A DNA stretch of 64,000 nucleotides, taken from Flectonema sp. DT1601 (lineage: Eukaryota). The notes beneath the pieces were generated by a model that saw only the letters and a list, made by a program, of their open reading frames with translations, was not told the origin of the DNA and searched no databases. Location: NCBI GenBank assembly GCA_964019425.1, contig OZ025780.1:186001-250000 (forward strand), read 5' to 3'. Made by a program: the position numbers and the translations under genes. Positions 32,648 to 45,578 of this stretch are shown piece after piece; the first letter of the stretch is position 1, and each line of letters starts with the position of its first letter.

Positions 32648-34170
32648 GACCTAGCCTTTACTAAGTGTTTTTTTTGATTAAAAAATGATCTCACATTCAA
32701 CAGCTGGAATTTTATAGGCTGAAGGATTATTATTTTTTTTTTTTTTTTTAATTTTATTTTTGTTTTATTGAGAGCACTTTATCTTTTTCTCTCGATTGCT
32801 ACCTGATACAAAATACAGAGCCACTGCGGTACTCTTTGTTATCTTTATAGTACCCTCTTCGTCTTTTCGTTTTTTTTTTTCTTCTTTGTTGCCATCTTTG
32901 TTTTACTTTACGGGCTTAGTAAAAAAAAATTTTTAGAAAATTTTCCCAAAAATTCTCTCTTTTTGTTATTTTTGTTTATTTCCACTCCGAAGCAGTCTTA
33001 TGGACCTTGCCGTGTTCCCCCCTCCCCCTTTTTCCATTCGTAGGCTCTTGATTGAGAACATTCCCTAACTTGGGATTCGCCGCTTTATGTAGTGTGTTTT
33101 TTGCTTTGTGTTTAAAAAATGTGTGAAAAAAAAAAAAAAAAAAAAAAAAAGAATCAATTTAATGTAGTGAACTGTGGAGTAATTGAGCATTTTTATTTTT
33201 ATTTTTATTGGTTTTTTTTTTTTTTTTTTTGTCTTTTTCCCATTCATTAGGAGGAAGTTTTATCAGAAGAACGCTTAAAAAAAAATAAAGATAAAAATAA
33301 TAATAAGAACATAGCAACAGTGGGCATGTCAGAGATTATTAGTTTCGGGTTTCTTTTTCTTTTTCTTTTTTCTTTTTTCTTTTTTTTTTGTTTTAATTCT
33401 CCCTTTTAAGCACCGATCGATTAGCAAACAAACCAGGGTATCATTTTATTCTAATCACCCTTTGTTGTTTCAAAAAAAAAAAAACAAAAAAAAAAAAAAA
33501 AAAAAAAAGGAACAAGGGAGGGCTTCAATGCTTATATTTTAATTTATTTAGAATGTTTTTAAATACTATTTTTGTATAGTTATTTTAAGCCTTGGCACCA
33601 GTTGGACTCGATTACGGTTTTTTTTTGTGTGCAACAGTTAAGCTTTGTTCTTTTTTTTTTTTTTTTTTTTTACTTTTCATCAAATTTACGGGACTTTTTT
33701 GTCAACTTTTCTCCGTTCACTTCTTTCTTGAAAACACTTTTCTAGAAAGACAAAATTTACGACCACATACGATAACGATTTCATGGGATGACGAACTTAG
33801 AACAGAAATACAGTTGAGTGTGTTACAGCCTCTCTAATGGAGGGAAAAAAAAAAAAAAAAAAAGAAGCCAAAAAAAAAAAAAAAAAAAATGTTGTTGCTT
33901 GTTTGTAATCGTCGAAGCGAGATATGTTTTCGACTAGTTCGATCCCAGGTGGATCAATTTTCTGAAGTATACATGTTTTTTTTTTACTCAAATTTTATTT
34001 TTATTATTGTCAGGATGAATATTATGATGAAACAAAGAGCGAGAGCAGCTTACAATACTTTCAAAAAGGATCATTTACCACGATCTGTTCCTTTGGTAGT
34101 CATCTGACCAATTCCACAGCGGGGGGTTATTTCAAATTATAAAACTTTAAAAATAAACTAAAAAAAGATA

Positions 34171-36379
34171 ATGTCGACATCCATACTGCGGGGAGTAGTA
34201 CTCGTGATATTCTGTATCATACACACACTGTCACAAGGAACTGGTTCGATTGTGTATGTGAGTAAGAAAGGACTTTATGCTGTGCTAGTTGACGGCTCAC
34301 AGCAAGTTAGAACTCTGTATGAATTTCCTGCATCAGAAGTTCACGAAGATATTTGTGGACTTGTTGTTGATTCACAATTAGGATTAGTATTGTGGGCAGA
34401 GACCTTCGAACAACCAACTTTTGAAGCAATTCTTTGGAAGATTTCTCTCAATCCAGTTGGTGGTGAGAAACCAAAGAAAGTAGCTTCGTACACTTCCATA
34501 TCTGCGAGAGTTTACGGATTGACAATTGACGAGACTACTAAGTCAGCATACATGACTTTCTTTATGTCTATCGGTGTTGATATGTTCAAACTTGACAACT
34601 ACGACACGGCAGACAACGTTGCCTTAAGTAAATCAACAAACAGTCATAGTGGTCGTAGAGTTTCAGGTCCTGTAACAGGATTCTCTCCAGTCTTTGCTAA
34701 TGGTGAAGTCTATGAGTCTGGAAGAGAAGATCGTAATGACTACTGCGATCTGCTACGAGTGAGTCCCAATCTCCAAGCACCAGTTCCTTTAGTTCAACCT
34801 AGAGCACTGCAATGGGAAGAAATGTGTGGACCTATCGTGTTTTCTAAATTAGATAATTTAATTTACTACGCAATGGGTGACGACTTAAATGATAATCACT
34901 TAGTCAGAGCTGATCCAACTGATACCAAACCTGCTGAACAGATGATGAATGTGGATATTCCGGAATTCTTACACGATCGTCCAGCAGTATTCTATACTGG
35001 TGCTGCGTGGCCTAATATCGCACCGATTGGAGATGCTGCTGGGTGGTTGGCAACCAATTCCGTGAGTGAAATCTTCTTATGGGACCTGACCGACCCAGCG
35101 GCACCCGTAAAGACAAAGATCTACACGGGATTAACTTCAGAAGGTGACTTGGGTCCAATTACATGGGCTGGGGATGTACCCCCACAGACAGAGTCCCCAA
35201 CGAAGGCTCCAACAGCAGTCCCTACTTCGAGTCCAATTAATATGACAACAGGAGTCCCGACAGAAGTTCCAACAATGCAGCCAGCAACTAATTCAACAAC
35301 TGATTCTCCAACTGGAGCTCCTTCTAATAATATGACTACTGCACCGACTTCAGCTCCTGGTGGTGCAACAAACTCAACACAAGCTCCAACAGTTGTCCCA
35401 CCAACACCTTCTCCTGCTGCGGCAGTATCCACTCAGGTCCCTGGCGCCAACAGTGCGCCTACTCCACAACCACCTTCCGATGATGGTATGCTTTGAGAAC
35501 TACATTATCTCTTTTTGTTTTTATCACTCACAAAAACTAAACCAAAACAGGAGTACCTCTTGGAATGATAATTGGAATATGTGCTGGTGTGATAGTTCTC
35601 TGTATACTCTTAGCACTAATACTCGTGTGTTACAAAAGAAAGAGTGACAAGGAGAAGATGGCTGTCAGACAACACGAGAGAGAAAGCCTTCTACAGGAGG
35701 CTCGCAACAGGTCAGCAGCAAAGGAAGCCGCAGAGAAAGAAGTGAGTTTGGTTGCGGTACCAGATCCGGAACCACCAAAGCCACCGACACCAGAACCTGT
35801 TGAGCCTGAACCAGTAGAGTCTGAGGATGAGAAAGAGATAGTACAAGATACGATTACTGTTGAGGAAATAACTCCAAACGTGGTACCTTCAAGAAATTCT
35901 TTACGCCATTCACTCGTCTATTGGAATGGCGATGAAAATTCTTCTCCTGTTCCTCCTTCCAGATCGTCTGTTCAATACTCTGAAGGGTCTCCAGTAGACG
36001 GATCGCTTCATCATCGTATTATTAGGATGTATGAAACTTATAATCCGGCAAAGATGGATACAATTGATGTGTTGAGAAACAAGTATGTGGAGTTCTTTTA
36101 TTATGATTCTTTCGAATAATAAATTTATTCAAAACCTAATAATCATCAGGTACGGAGACGAGGCTCTCCTTAAAACTCTCGTTGACAAATATGGTCCAGA
36201 GCCGGGGAACGCGAGTAGTGGAGCGATGAGTCCGCATTTCAGAAGCAGGTTTGTATTGTCTTTTTTTATCAACTGTGAATGAGATGGGAAGAAGAAATAA
36301 AACAAAACAAAAAAAAAACAGTATTGCAGGTGATTCTCTAGCATCTCCTTTACTGCAGTCAGAACACGCAACCGATTAG
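34171..36379 (+). CDS. Spliced type I membrane protein: signal peptide, beta-propeller-like domain, P/T stalk, TM helix, cytosolic YNPxK..KYGPEP domain
   Basis: Exons 34171-35485, 35551-36082, 36150-36248 and 36322-36379. The GT..AG introns keep frame and the second rebuilds KYGDEALLKTLVDKYGPEP. The last acceptor is uncertain (alternative stop at 36417). Confidence 0.82.
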
Positions 36380-39036
36380 ACTACAACAGTGAAGACGATC
36401 TTTCAATGGTGAAGTAAAGTGTGGTGAGTTTATAAAAATAGCATCAAAAGTTCACTATATCCTTAACTGATGTCAAAAGTAATTAATGGTTGATGTTAAT
36501 ATTTTGAGTTATCTAATTTCCCCACAGCGAGCTGTGTGTGTGTGTTGTGTGTTTTGAAGCTTTTGGTTTCTCCGCGAGAATTTTCTTTTTTTTTCCCGCA
36601 GATTGCTTTTCTTGAAAAAAAAAAATAACACAATCTATTTCCCCCCCTATTTTTCCCATTTTTTTTAATACAATGTCCATAAACGTAGCAGCTTTCGTTT
36701 ATTTATTTTTTTTTTTTAATTTTAAAAAAGTGTTTTTGACAGCTTGTTTCGAGCTATAGTTTCTGTGTTCACGAAACTTACTACACTGGTGACTGAATGT
36801 CATAAGGCACCACCCCCTTCCGACATCAGTGGGTATCACTTTATCAGGGACATTGCTTGAGGGAGAGTTTTTGTTAAAGCAGATGGTTTTTTTTTTTTTT
36901 TTTTTTAAAATTATTCTTTGAATAAACTAATAAGCAGAACCAGTCGCATACGGACCCGTTCCAACGAACCTATAGATGGAATTTATCGTATTGTTCTGTT
37001 GGATACTGGAGCTTCCTTAAATGGTCGTACGTCGGTGTCTTGTGGACTGAACTTATTTTAAGAAATAATATTATAACTTACAACAACAGACCCATCCGTT
37101 TTTCAATTTTTTTTTTTTTTTTTTTCTCCTCGAGGAATTCTCTTTTGTCTGTCTTGCTCAAAAGTGATTTTTGCCAAGTAAAGTTGTATCTTCACGTGAG
37201 TGTGTTCCTGGAGTTTAACTTCCTTGGCGTCGATACACAAAAAAAAATAGTTCTCCGTTGTCTCTACGCCTTTAGGTATTTACATAGAGGATATCTAAGT
37301 GCTATGAACTCCTGTCGCGGGAGGGAAAAAAAAAAAAAAAATAATAATCTTTCCTTTTATACAGTTCCATATATCAGATCTTCTAAAACCTGATTTCTTT
37401 CCTCATATTATTAAATATTGCAACACGTTAACGTGAATCCCCAATTCTTCAATGACGAGGGAGGGGTAACGGGGTTTAGAATTACTCTTCGACGAGACTT
37501 CCTTTTTATCGACGCTTTGTCATAATGGATTTTTTTTTTTTTTTTTTTCCGCCTTCCTTAAAAAAAAATTACAAAAGCAGCCTGTGTACCCACCTCTACC
37601 CAACAAAAAGAGTACTCAGATTGTTCCTCCTTCCGTAATCTCTATTTCACATTTTTTCCTTATTTATTTTCTTATCGAACTCTTGTTTTAGTGACCTGTA
37701 TGATTGTTACAAGTCTTCTATATAGGTTTGTTTTACAGCTACTACTTAGTGCGTTTTTATAAGATAAAATCGTTAACGTCAGTAGTAACTTATTCATATA
37801 TAAACAAAGCAGCACTTGATCAGTCGTCTGATTTTTTTTTGTCGTAAGAAGTAGTGTGATGGATATTTCTATATCATTTTAAAATGAATATTTAACTTCT
37901 CAATTCCGCTTCCCAACCTTTTTACATGGCAACCATGTTTGGCCGAACCCTATTTTTAGTTTTAGCCAGTTTCATGTTGCACGTTTAAGTACTGCATGAA
38001 GTTAACCCTCCTATCGTTTTGCGTTGTATTTTTTTTTCCCCTTATTCTTTCAGTTTTGGTAATTTATTTTTTGGTTTTTCAGTTTAGGTTTAAAGCTTCA
38101 CTTTTTTTTCCCTTCTTTTTTTTTTCCATAGAATTCTTTCTTCTGGTTAGAATTTTATTGTATTTTTGTGTGAAAAAAAAAGGTTTTGGTTTTTTGAGGG
38201 GAAACAAAAAACAAAAAAAAAAAAAATTGGGAATTCGCCTCCACCATTTTTTCCTATCGTTTGCTCGAAGAGAAAAAATGGGGAAAAAAAAAAAAAAAAA
38301 AAAAAAAGATAAAAACAAATAAGGAACAAATAAGGAATTGGCGGAGTATATTGTGAACTGTTTTTTTTTTTCTTTCTTTTTTTTTGTTTTTTATAAATGT
38401 ATTCAGAACCAGGTACCTTAAAGCTGTACCATAACAATCCTAATTAGACAACTGGTTCTAATTACGTTGATGTTGACTCGTAGCACTAGATTGCTGTATC
38501 AGTGATACACAGTACGCAATGTATTGAACTTAAAGCGAGTCTAAGCGAACTCTCCATCAGCTTTATCAGTAGTCAGCATTCTTGTTTATTTTCCCTTTCT
38601 TCTATTGCCAATTGTAGATGATGCAATCCTGTGTCATAGCAGTAGTTATTTCTTAAAGAAGGAAACCATTGTGGTTAAGGGAACATTATAACACCAAAAC
38701 AGGTAAGGTAGTATCCTGCTTTACTTAGAAAGGGATGATTTTAAAAAAAAAAACAAGAAAACGTCTTTTCTCTTTTTCTTCTTTTTTTTTCTTCTTTCTT
38801 TTTTTATATATTATCTGCGTGTAAGGTCAAGGTCGGTACCTACAAAAAAAAATAAAATTAATTTGGACGTAATAATTGAAATGCTCCCCTTTTGAAGCAT
38901 CATTCTAGTCCTGTTGCTTAATAAGTGAATAAAAATTACTATTTTCACATCACTTTTTTACGACAGACATTTGGCATTGAAATAAAAAGATTTATTTATA
39001 TAAATTAATAATCTAATTCATTACAACCTCCAGGAG

Positions 39037-40829
39037 ATGAAGTCTACAATGATGCCGCGCTACAAGGACCCTCCTTCGGCAAAGACTTATCGCTCGAGTC
39101 GATTCGAAGACGTGCACGACGTATGTCAGAATTAAGTTATTCCCCTTATCATGTCAATAAGATCTCAAAACAAAAAAGTATAATAAAGAAACAGGTTGGT
39201 CCACCTCCTCAACTGATGTCGAAGGTTTCTCCTTCGATAAGTTCAGCATCGCCGAGTCAAAGATCGCCGAGTCGGAGATCTCCAAGTCGGAGATCGTCAA
39301 GCAGAAGATCACCAGGTCGGAGATCACCACCACTGTCTGGTAGTAGAAAGTTAAAACCGAGAGTACTTCCTTGGCAACCAAAGATGGGATGTAAAGTTAG
39401 AAGAAATCCTCAATTTTGGAAATGGGGGAATCAAGATGGAGGTGGTAATGGAGTGGTCACTTCTATTGACATCACAAGTGGTTGGGTCGTAATTCAATGG
39501 GATCACAATGGCTCTATCGACAAGTATCGATGGGGAGCTGAGCAGGCTTACGACATAGAACCTGTTGCTGCTGTTCTTACAGTTCGTGGAGAGATTCATC
39601 TTCCTGGAATTGAAGGACTCATCCTCGATAATAAAAGTAGGAACATCCTTCGAGACAGAGCCACTCACGATTTATCCCTCTCTTATGAACGACCGTATTC
39701 AACAATTGAAATCGAGTTCATAAAAATAGATCAAAATAACATACTCGTCGGGTACACAATCGACCCAAAGACTAACGATGACGCGTATCACATTGAAGCT
39801 CGTGGTAAGTCATTAATTGATAGAAGAGAGTTGAGATTAAGATCATTTATAATAGAATTGGTAGAACATGGTGACAGTCCTTATGTTGTTGATGAATTTG
39901 ATTGTATTTGGAATAGGTGTTGGTGTGAGGCTCAGAGAGCTGCTCGAGTTGTGTCGTCGGCAAAACAAACTCCAACAACGGTGGCAGCTATCCCGAGTCC
40001 GCAACCAAATTTTGAACAGCCACATTACATTCCTGACTATGAAGTGTTTAATACCGTGAGAACTCCATCTCCAGTCAGATCAATCTCACCCAAGAGAGTA
40101 GCACTCTTACCACCTCCACCACAAGCATTAGTTGTGGACTTACCAAAGGTATCTGTTGTGGGTACTCGTGAGTCTATTCCTGTGGAGGTGTTTTGTGGTT
40201 CTAAGATTCTCAAAATTACGTTATCAGGAAACCTGTTTGAGCTACCGATAACTTCAATAAAAGCAACTCTCCAACCATACACTGGATTCCATGGTCCTTT
40301 TAACTTATTACTTGATGACAAACTACTTCATGACAGTGATACAGTAGCTGAGTCAGGTATTATGCCAGGTGCTCAATTACATGTTCAAATACCACAGTCA
40401 GCTACTGTAGAAGTTATGGGAGTTGAGAGTGTTTCACTTCCAGTTCCGGTTCCGGTTCCAGTACCGGTTTCAGTTCCTGTTTCAGTTCATCCTATTCAAA
40501 TCTACCAGCCGGCACTTCCTCCTGCCAGTGTTGTGACTGCTCCTCCTCCGTTGGTGATACCTGCAAATTCACCAGATCAGATTTCAAGTTTTTCTGCCAC
40601 ACCAGTAACAGACTACTCCCCTGCGCTTATTAGTGAAAAACAATTTCCGTCTGCTAACGCAAGTGCAACTGCTGCTGCTGTTGCTGCTGCTCACAGAGCG
40701 TCAACTCCACCACCGCGAGTTACTTCTCCGTATCAGCGCAGTACCAGATCTGAATATGTGCAGCAGCATCAACAGCGAATGGGAAATCCTGAAGAAGCCC
40801 ACCCACGCATGATGTCATTGTTTACGTAG
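39037..40829 (+). CDS. Mib-Herc2 domain plus ubiquitin-like domain protein, Pro/Ser-rich (spliced)
   Basis: Exons 39037-39120 and 39195-40829 (phase-0 intron GTATGT..AAACAG). GxKVRR..WKWGNQDGG..GWVVIQWD..YRWG..YDI is a Mib-Herc2 pattern; LLLDDKLLHDSDTVAESGIMPGAQL is ubiquitin-like. Confidence 0.85.
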
Positions 40830-41145
40830 ACTTCAAATGCACTATAATTGGCCGTCTGTTTTTTTTGTTATTTTTTCGTAGTTGGTTTGTTGGAGCCAAC
40901 GTAGATTGTAACCACCCTTTTTTTCTTTTTTTTTTTTTCTCTCTCGTCTTTTTCTTCGTTTTTCCCGTCTTCCATCTCCCGTATGTACTATTTAGTCTTT
41001 TTTAATCTTCCTGCGTGAGCAGGAGGAGAGAAAGAAAATAAAAGAAACCAGAACTGTTTACTTTGCTTCAATACTATCATTTTACTGAGTAGTTGTTGCA
41101 GTGAATCTGTACACTGTTTAAGTGTATTCAACGAAAGTCGCCGGA

Positions 41146-41179
<34 letters not shown>

Positions 41180-41415
41180 GCCTTTGCTAAAAGCAAGCGT
41201 TGAACAATATCCTCCACACGATCTCATCTAAGATGAGAGCCCCCGCTACTCCTGTTAAATGACTTGTATTGTGTACTAAACACTACCAGAAAAAAAAAAA
41301 AGAAAAAAAAAAAAAAAGAAACGAGAAAGGAATAATAAGAAAAACTATTTTCTTACTCCGAACACTTTGTATCGTAATTAAGGAAAGTTGTATTTATTTA
41401 GTACTTTGCTTTTTA

Positions 41416-41455
<40 letters not shown>

Positions 41456-41572
41456 AATTTCCTTTTCTCCCTGTTGTACTGTAATTATGTTGTTTTTTTT
41501 TCTTTTTTTTATGTTGCTCCTTTTTTTTCTCCCCCCCATGAAAATTTAATTTTTGCAAACTGACGCAGTGAG

Positions 41573-41605
<33 letters not shown>

Positions 41606-42297
41606 CAAATATCGAACTTCGAGTAACTAAAGTGATCCGAAACGGAATATTACCAACTTGCTGCTTCTTTGTTTCCCCACCCATACTACTACAACTGCAT
41701 TGTAATTATGTCAGTTTGCACACACAGAAAAAAAAACTGTATTCCCAAAATTCTATTCCTTTTGATACAAGCAATCAAATATTGGTCCTGCCCTTCCCTT
41801 TTTCCTTTTCCTTTTCCTTTTTTTTTTTTTTTAAAATTGAAAAAAAAAAAAAAAGAAGAAGAAGAATAGGGGGAGGGGAAGGGTTTGTTTTTTATACCAT
41901 AATTATAATGTTTGCAGTTTATTTTCCAGTAGTATCGGAAATTATGTCCCATTTCCCGGAGATTTTTTTATGCTCTGGAGACATACAGTGACAAGGTGGT
42001 TTTGTGATTATTTTGTCTACGTCTTTTCCCCCCCTTCTTTAACCAGGAAGAATGCACAGTGTATACCCACACTAACATTACCTTTTAGTCAACTGTATCT
42101 CAGAACTAATGTTAAATTATCGTTATGTTGTTTTATGATACAAAACATTTGTATTTTACGTACAAAATCAAACAGTTTTCCCCCTTCTTTTACCCAGGAA
42201 GAGCACTCAGATGTCAACCTGTAATCAAAAAAATCCATAGAATCCTTAGAAAAACACGATCTATTTAAAAAAGGTAATTATATTAAAAAAAAACATA

Positions 42298-43515
42298 ATG
42301 TATGCACGAGGATGTGCTTCTCGTGGTCGTCGTTATAATGGATCTGGTCACAAGGGTGGAAAAGGACAGAGTGTTTTGGAACCAACTGTCTGGGTGTCAG
42401 GTGAGGAGAGACCGTTTTTACAAAGCACGCTTGGAGTGAATGGTGTGAAAGGATTCTTATTTATAAAGACTTGGGGGTTAATCGAATTTGATAACATTCA
42501 TCAAGCTAATGAATACCTCTCTGACTATGATGAACAGTTGATTAAGAAATTATCAAAAACACCCATAAAAGGGAAGTCATTTCTTCCACCGAGGAGTGAA
42601 GGTGAAATCGACCGAATACTCTTATGTGTTATAATTAATATTCCATTTTCAGATACGATTTTACAAAAATATCTTCCTGAAAACGGAGGTAAGTATTATT
42701 CGGCTGAACGAGGTAGCACTGTTGTAGAGTTTAAATCAATAGAATACGTAAACCGAGCAATTCGTCTTCTTGGTGCCACTAGATGGAGCAGTATACCAAA
42801 AAGAGGAAAAGCTGTTTCTCATCACTATCACGAAGTCACACCTGTTGCTTCTGGTGTGTCTATTGTGAGAGTAGAATCTCAAAATCGACTGCAATACGAA
42901 GTAGGACAACTCTTATGTGATATAAATAAAGATGTTTCTAATGGAAATAACACATACATCGGATTCGATACTGAATATTGGAGGAGAATTAAAGGTCATC
43001 CCGGCACACTTTGCCTCATTCAACTTCACATTGGAAATCAAGACAACGGAAGGACGCTACTCATAGATGTTATTTCATTGAAGGATGTTTCACTTTTAAA
43101 GAAAATATTTTTACACCCGAATTGTTTATTTCTTGGATACAGTCTTGCTCAGGATATTGAATATTTGGAACAGTATGAAATGCGTCCTTCAAATGACAAC
43201 ATAATCGATATACAGATACCAGCTGGATCAGTTGGTGGGTACGTGGGTCTTATTGACAATGAACTTGGCGTCAAACGTAATAAAGTACAGCAACTTAGAA
43301 ATTGGAAACGTCGTCCAATGGATGAAGAGTCCTGGGAATACGCTGCGAGTGATGTAATTTATTTATATGATTGTTTTAAATCTGTATTTGAGAGAGTCGG
43401 AGGTGATCCGCTGACTTTTGGAAGACCAAAACCAAAAAAAAAAAAAAAAAATCTGAAAACAAATCAGAAAACTACCGCGGGAAAAAACCCTCACGAGGCA
43501 GATGGAGGTAAATGA
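42298..43515 (+). CDS. RNase D-like DEDDy 3'-5' exonuclease, 405 aa
   Basis: ExoI GFDTEY, LCLIQL, ExoII QDIEYL, and NW.RRP..YAASDV ExoIII motifs. Confidence 0.9.
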   Translation: MYARGCASRGRRYNGSGHKGGKGQSVLEPTVWVSGEERPFLQSTLGVNGVKGFLFIKTWGLIEFDNIHQANEYLSDYDEQLIKKLSKTPIKGKSFLPPRSEGEIDRILLCVIINIPFSDTILQKYLPENGGKYYSAERGSTVVEFKSIEYVNRAIRLLGATRWSSIPKRGKAVSHHYHEVTPVASGVSIVRVESQNRLQYEVGQLLCDINKDVSNGNNTYIGFDTEYWRRIKGHPGTLCLIQLHIGNQDNGRTLLIDVISLKDVSLLKKIFLHPNCLFLGYSLAQDIEYLEQYEMRPSNDNIIDIQIPAGSVGGYVGLIDNELGVKRNKVQQLRNWKRRPMDEESWEYAASDVIYLYDCFKSVFERVGGDPLTFGRPKPKKKKKNLKTNQKTTAGKNPHEADGGK

Positions 43516-43695
43516 TGGTAATCCTTCTCTCTGAATATGAGTGAACTCATCTTCTTAGAGAGACGACCAGTCTACTATTTTTAGATGACTGATTTTATTC
43601 ACATACACCGAAATCAAGTATTTTTTTTTTTTTTAAAAAAGTTAATTTTCTATTCCTTTCAAACCATTCAGAACTTACTACAAGTACATGACACG

Positions 43696-45006
43696 ATGAC
43701 AGACGACCATTCGTTTTCAGGAAACTCAAAGGCTGAATGGAGGGCGATTGTAATTAAATTTTATGAAACATATAACCCGGAAAAATTAAAAGATGTCGAC
43801 GTGATTATGAAAGAATTTGATGGAAGGTATGCTGCTGTACTTTTGAGAGACGGGGAAAACACATCTGTAATGATGATTCATACAAAAAAAAAAAAAAATA
43901 AAAAAAAAAAAAACAGAGAATCAGAACTCCTTCAAGAATTAGTCAACAAATACAACGTCCGAACTCAAGTTGTTGTTAATGAAGTTTCTGAGCATTCACC
44001 AACTCCAAGTATAGCTAGTCAGCATTTTATTGGTAACAGTACTATTGGTAGTATACCTCAACAACGTGTGAGTGTTCTATCAGACAGATCGAGTGTCGCA
44101 TCTGATGGATTAAGAACACGACTTCACCGGCTAAGACAACATCATCCTCACGCCGATGAAGGTGAGCTTATGATTTCTGCTGTTGAGCAACAACGTTCAT
44201 GGAGGAATGCTATTATTAGATTTTATCAAGAACATCAACCATCAAAACTAACCAGTATTAATGATATATTTAATGAATGTGATGGTGAAGAAGAAGCTTT
44301 GTATAATTTAATTGTTTCGAAATACAAATCAACTTCAAATTTATCAACAAAACAACACAACACAATACCTCAACAAACTCAAGTAAGAAATGCTGTAACG
44401 CAATGCATGGGATCTGCGACAAGTCAGATGGTACTTCCGACTACTCCTCTCACAACACAATTGGATATCACCGGAGGTGAGGTTGTTGGAATAGACGACA
44501 TTGGTGATCAATTAGAATGGTCTGTTTTAGTTGTATTGGAACAAGAAGAGAGAATGAGAGGAATATTATCAAAAATATCTCAAAAAGGAGGGGATCCGAG
44601 AATATTAAAAGAAACAGCTGATCGACTGATGAACATCAACAGAGAAGCGAACGCGATTAGGAAATTATTTGATTCTCAAGTAGAACAACCTCCTCCTCCT
44701 GTTGTCATTTCATCATTACCACCACCACCGATAATTGGAGGGGGAGGATATCGTGATAGAGCTTCTACGTCTCCTCCGATGGTGACACCATCATCATTTG
44801 CTGTACCGTTGGGAGCGGCGTCTCCTTTTGTACGTCGTCGTTCTGAATCGTCGTCACCGAGTTTACAGCGACATTTGATATCACCACCAGCACCTCTTCC
44901 ATCTGATACTCTCGGAGTTAATACTCAAGCACTTATCGACGCAGTCAGTGCTCTTCAGAAGAAGGGTGTCACTATGCCATCACCTCAGGAACTTCGACTT
45001 CATTAA
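43696..45006 (+). CDS. Hypothetical protein with two FYxxYNPxK..KY helical domains and a Pro-rich tail (spliced)
   Basis: Likely ATG at 43696. A 90-nt intron at 43827-43916 (GTATGC..poly-A..AAACAG) can be removed to restore DGRESELLQELVNKY. Confidence 0.82.
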   Translation: MTDDHSFSGNSKAEWRAIVIKFYETYNPEKLKDVDVIMKEFDGRYAAVLLRDGENTSVMMIHTKKKKNKKKKNRESELLQELVNKYNVRTQVVVNEVSEHSPTPSIASQHFIGNSTIGSIPQQRVSVLSDRSSVASDGLRTRLHRLRQHHPHADEGELMISAVEQQRSWRNAIIRFYQEHQPSKLTSINDIFNECDGEEEALYNLIVSKYKSTSNLSTKQHNTIPQQTQVRNAVTQCMGSATSQMVLPTTPLTTQLDITGGEVVGIDDIGDQLEWSVLVVLEQEERMRGILSKISQKGGDPRILKETADRLMNINREANAIRKLFDSQVEQPPPPVVISSLPPPPIIGGGGYRDRASTSPPMVTPSSFAVPLGAASPFVRRRSESSSPSLQRHLISPPAPLPSDTLGVNTQALIDAVSALQKKGVTMPSPQELRLH

Positions 45007-45578
45007 AAAAAACTATTCAACTTTTTATCTTAGTTTGTGTTGTTGAACTCGTAGTGAGTAAAACAACACGCTGATTAGTAAGTTTGAAGAGTTGATTGTC
45101 GGAGGGAGAAAGAAGAATGCAAGCCTTCCAATGTTTCACTGCTACGATTATTAAATATCCTTCTTACATAACGATTCTATGAGACAACTGGTATCGTTGT
45201 TAAAGTGGCATTTCATAGTTTTTCCCTTCAATTTGTAGAGCCCCTTTTTTTGTAGTATTCGTTATGGTTATGCCTGACAGGTATTATGTATATTTCTTAC
45301 CTGTCAAAAAAAAAAAAAAAAAAAAGCAAATCCAGTTTAGCGTGTGTGGTCAATCGTAAAAACGACCCGTTTTTGTGAGAAATAATATTGTGATTTGCGA
45401 AACTAGAACATGCACAGACCCCCAACAACGTTGCTAAAAAAAAAAACAATGTTTTTATTTTTTTATAACAGGAACAGAACCGACATAGTGTGTCAGTATG
45501 AACCTTGTCTAAAATAGTTTTTTATGGAACCGAACTTTAAATTGTACATCACCACACTCACAGTGTACATATGAAACT

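Noticed and set aside
31140..34100. Many short F/K-rich ORFs here and in other intergenic regions
   Set aside because: They are translations of poly-T/poly-A tracts.
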